Shown piece after piece: positions 63,946-64,000 of a DNA stretch of 64,000 nucleotides. A program made the translations under genes and the position numbers. The number at the start of each line of letters is the position of its first letter. Positions within the stretch are counted from its first letter, which is position 1. A model generated the notes under the pieces. It did not search any database and was not told the DNA's origin. It was given only the letters and a program-made list of their open reading frames with translations. The stretch is from positions 8,680,001 through 8,744,000 of the forward strand of contig NC_043011.1 in NCBI RefSeq assembly GCF_006345805.1. Reading direction: 5' to 3'. This DNA is from Octopus sinensis. Its lineage: Eukaryota.

Positions 63946-64000
63946 TATATTACACCCACACACACATATAGATGTATATATGCACACATTCGCACATTAC

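Noticed and set aside
7187-64000. Most ORFs in the supplied track (YI/CV/HT repeats, poly-I/L/H/T/N/S)
   Set aside because: They are translations of (TA)n, (CA)n and trinucleotide microsatellites or SINE bodies; there is no codon complexity or homology.

Overview
AT-rich, microsatellite-dense eukaryotic genomic DNA. The SINE/LINE repertoire looks like Octopus (coleoid cephalopod); this assignment is inferred from recognised repeat families. One host gene is supported: the 3' ten coding exons (2524-41420, + strand, all GT-AG introns, phases consistent, 1011 nt = 336 aa + stop) of a vertebrate-like N-acetylglutamate synthase (NAGS; AAK domain plus GNAT/DUF619 domain). Its 5' exons lie upstream of the window, and none of the supplied ORFs represents the whole gene. 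The rest is introns and intergenic DNA packed with tRNA-derived SINEs, LINE fragments (RTE, R4/Dong-like RLE, CR1), a DD37D Tc1/mariner remnant, a solo LTR, piggyBac-, Merlin- and pogo-like MITEs, a Helentron-type element and microsatellites. The most unusual signal is a set of minimal type-I hammerhead-ribozyme motifs of several sequence families with palindromic (dimer-type) stem III (ACGT, ACAGCTGT, ACGATCGT, ACAATTGT). One family is joined to a tRNA-Ser-like Pol III head, and its two sense-strand copies bracket a NAGS exon. No CRISPR array, rRNA gene or intact tRNA gene was found. Repeat boundaries are approximate (about +/-10-20 nt) unless a TSD is quoted.
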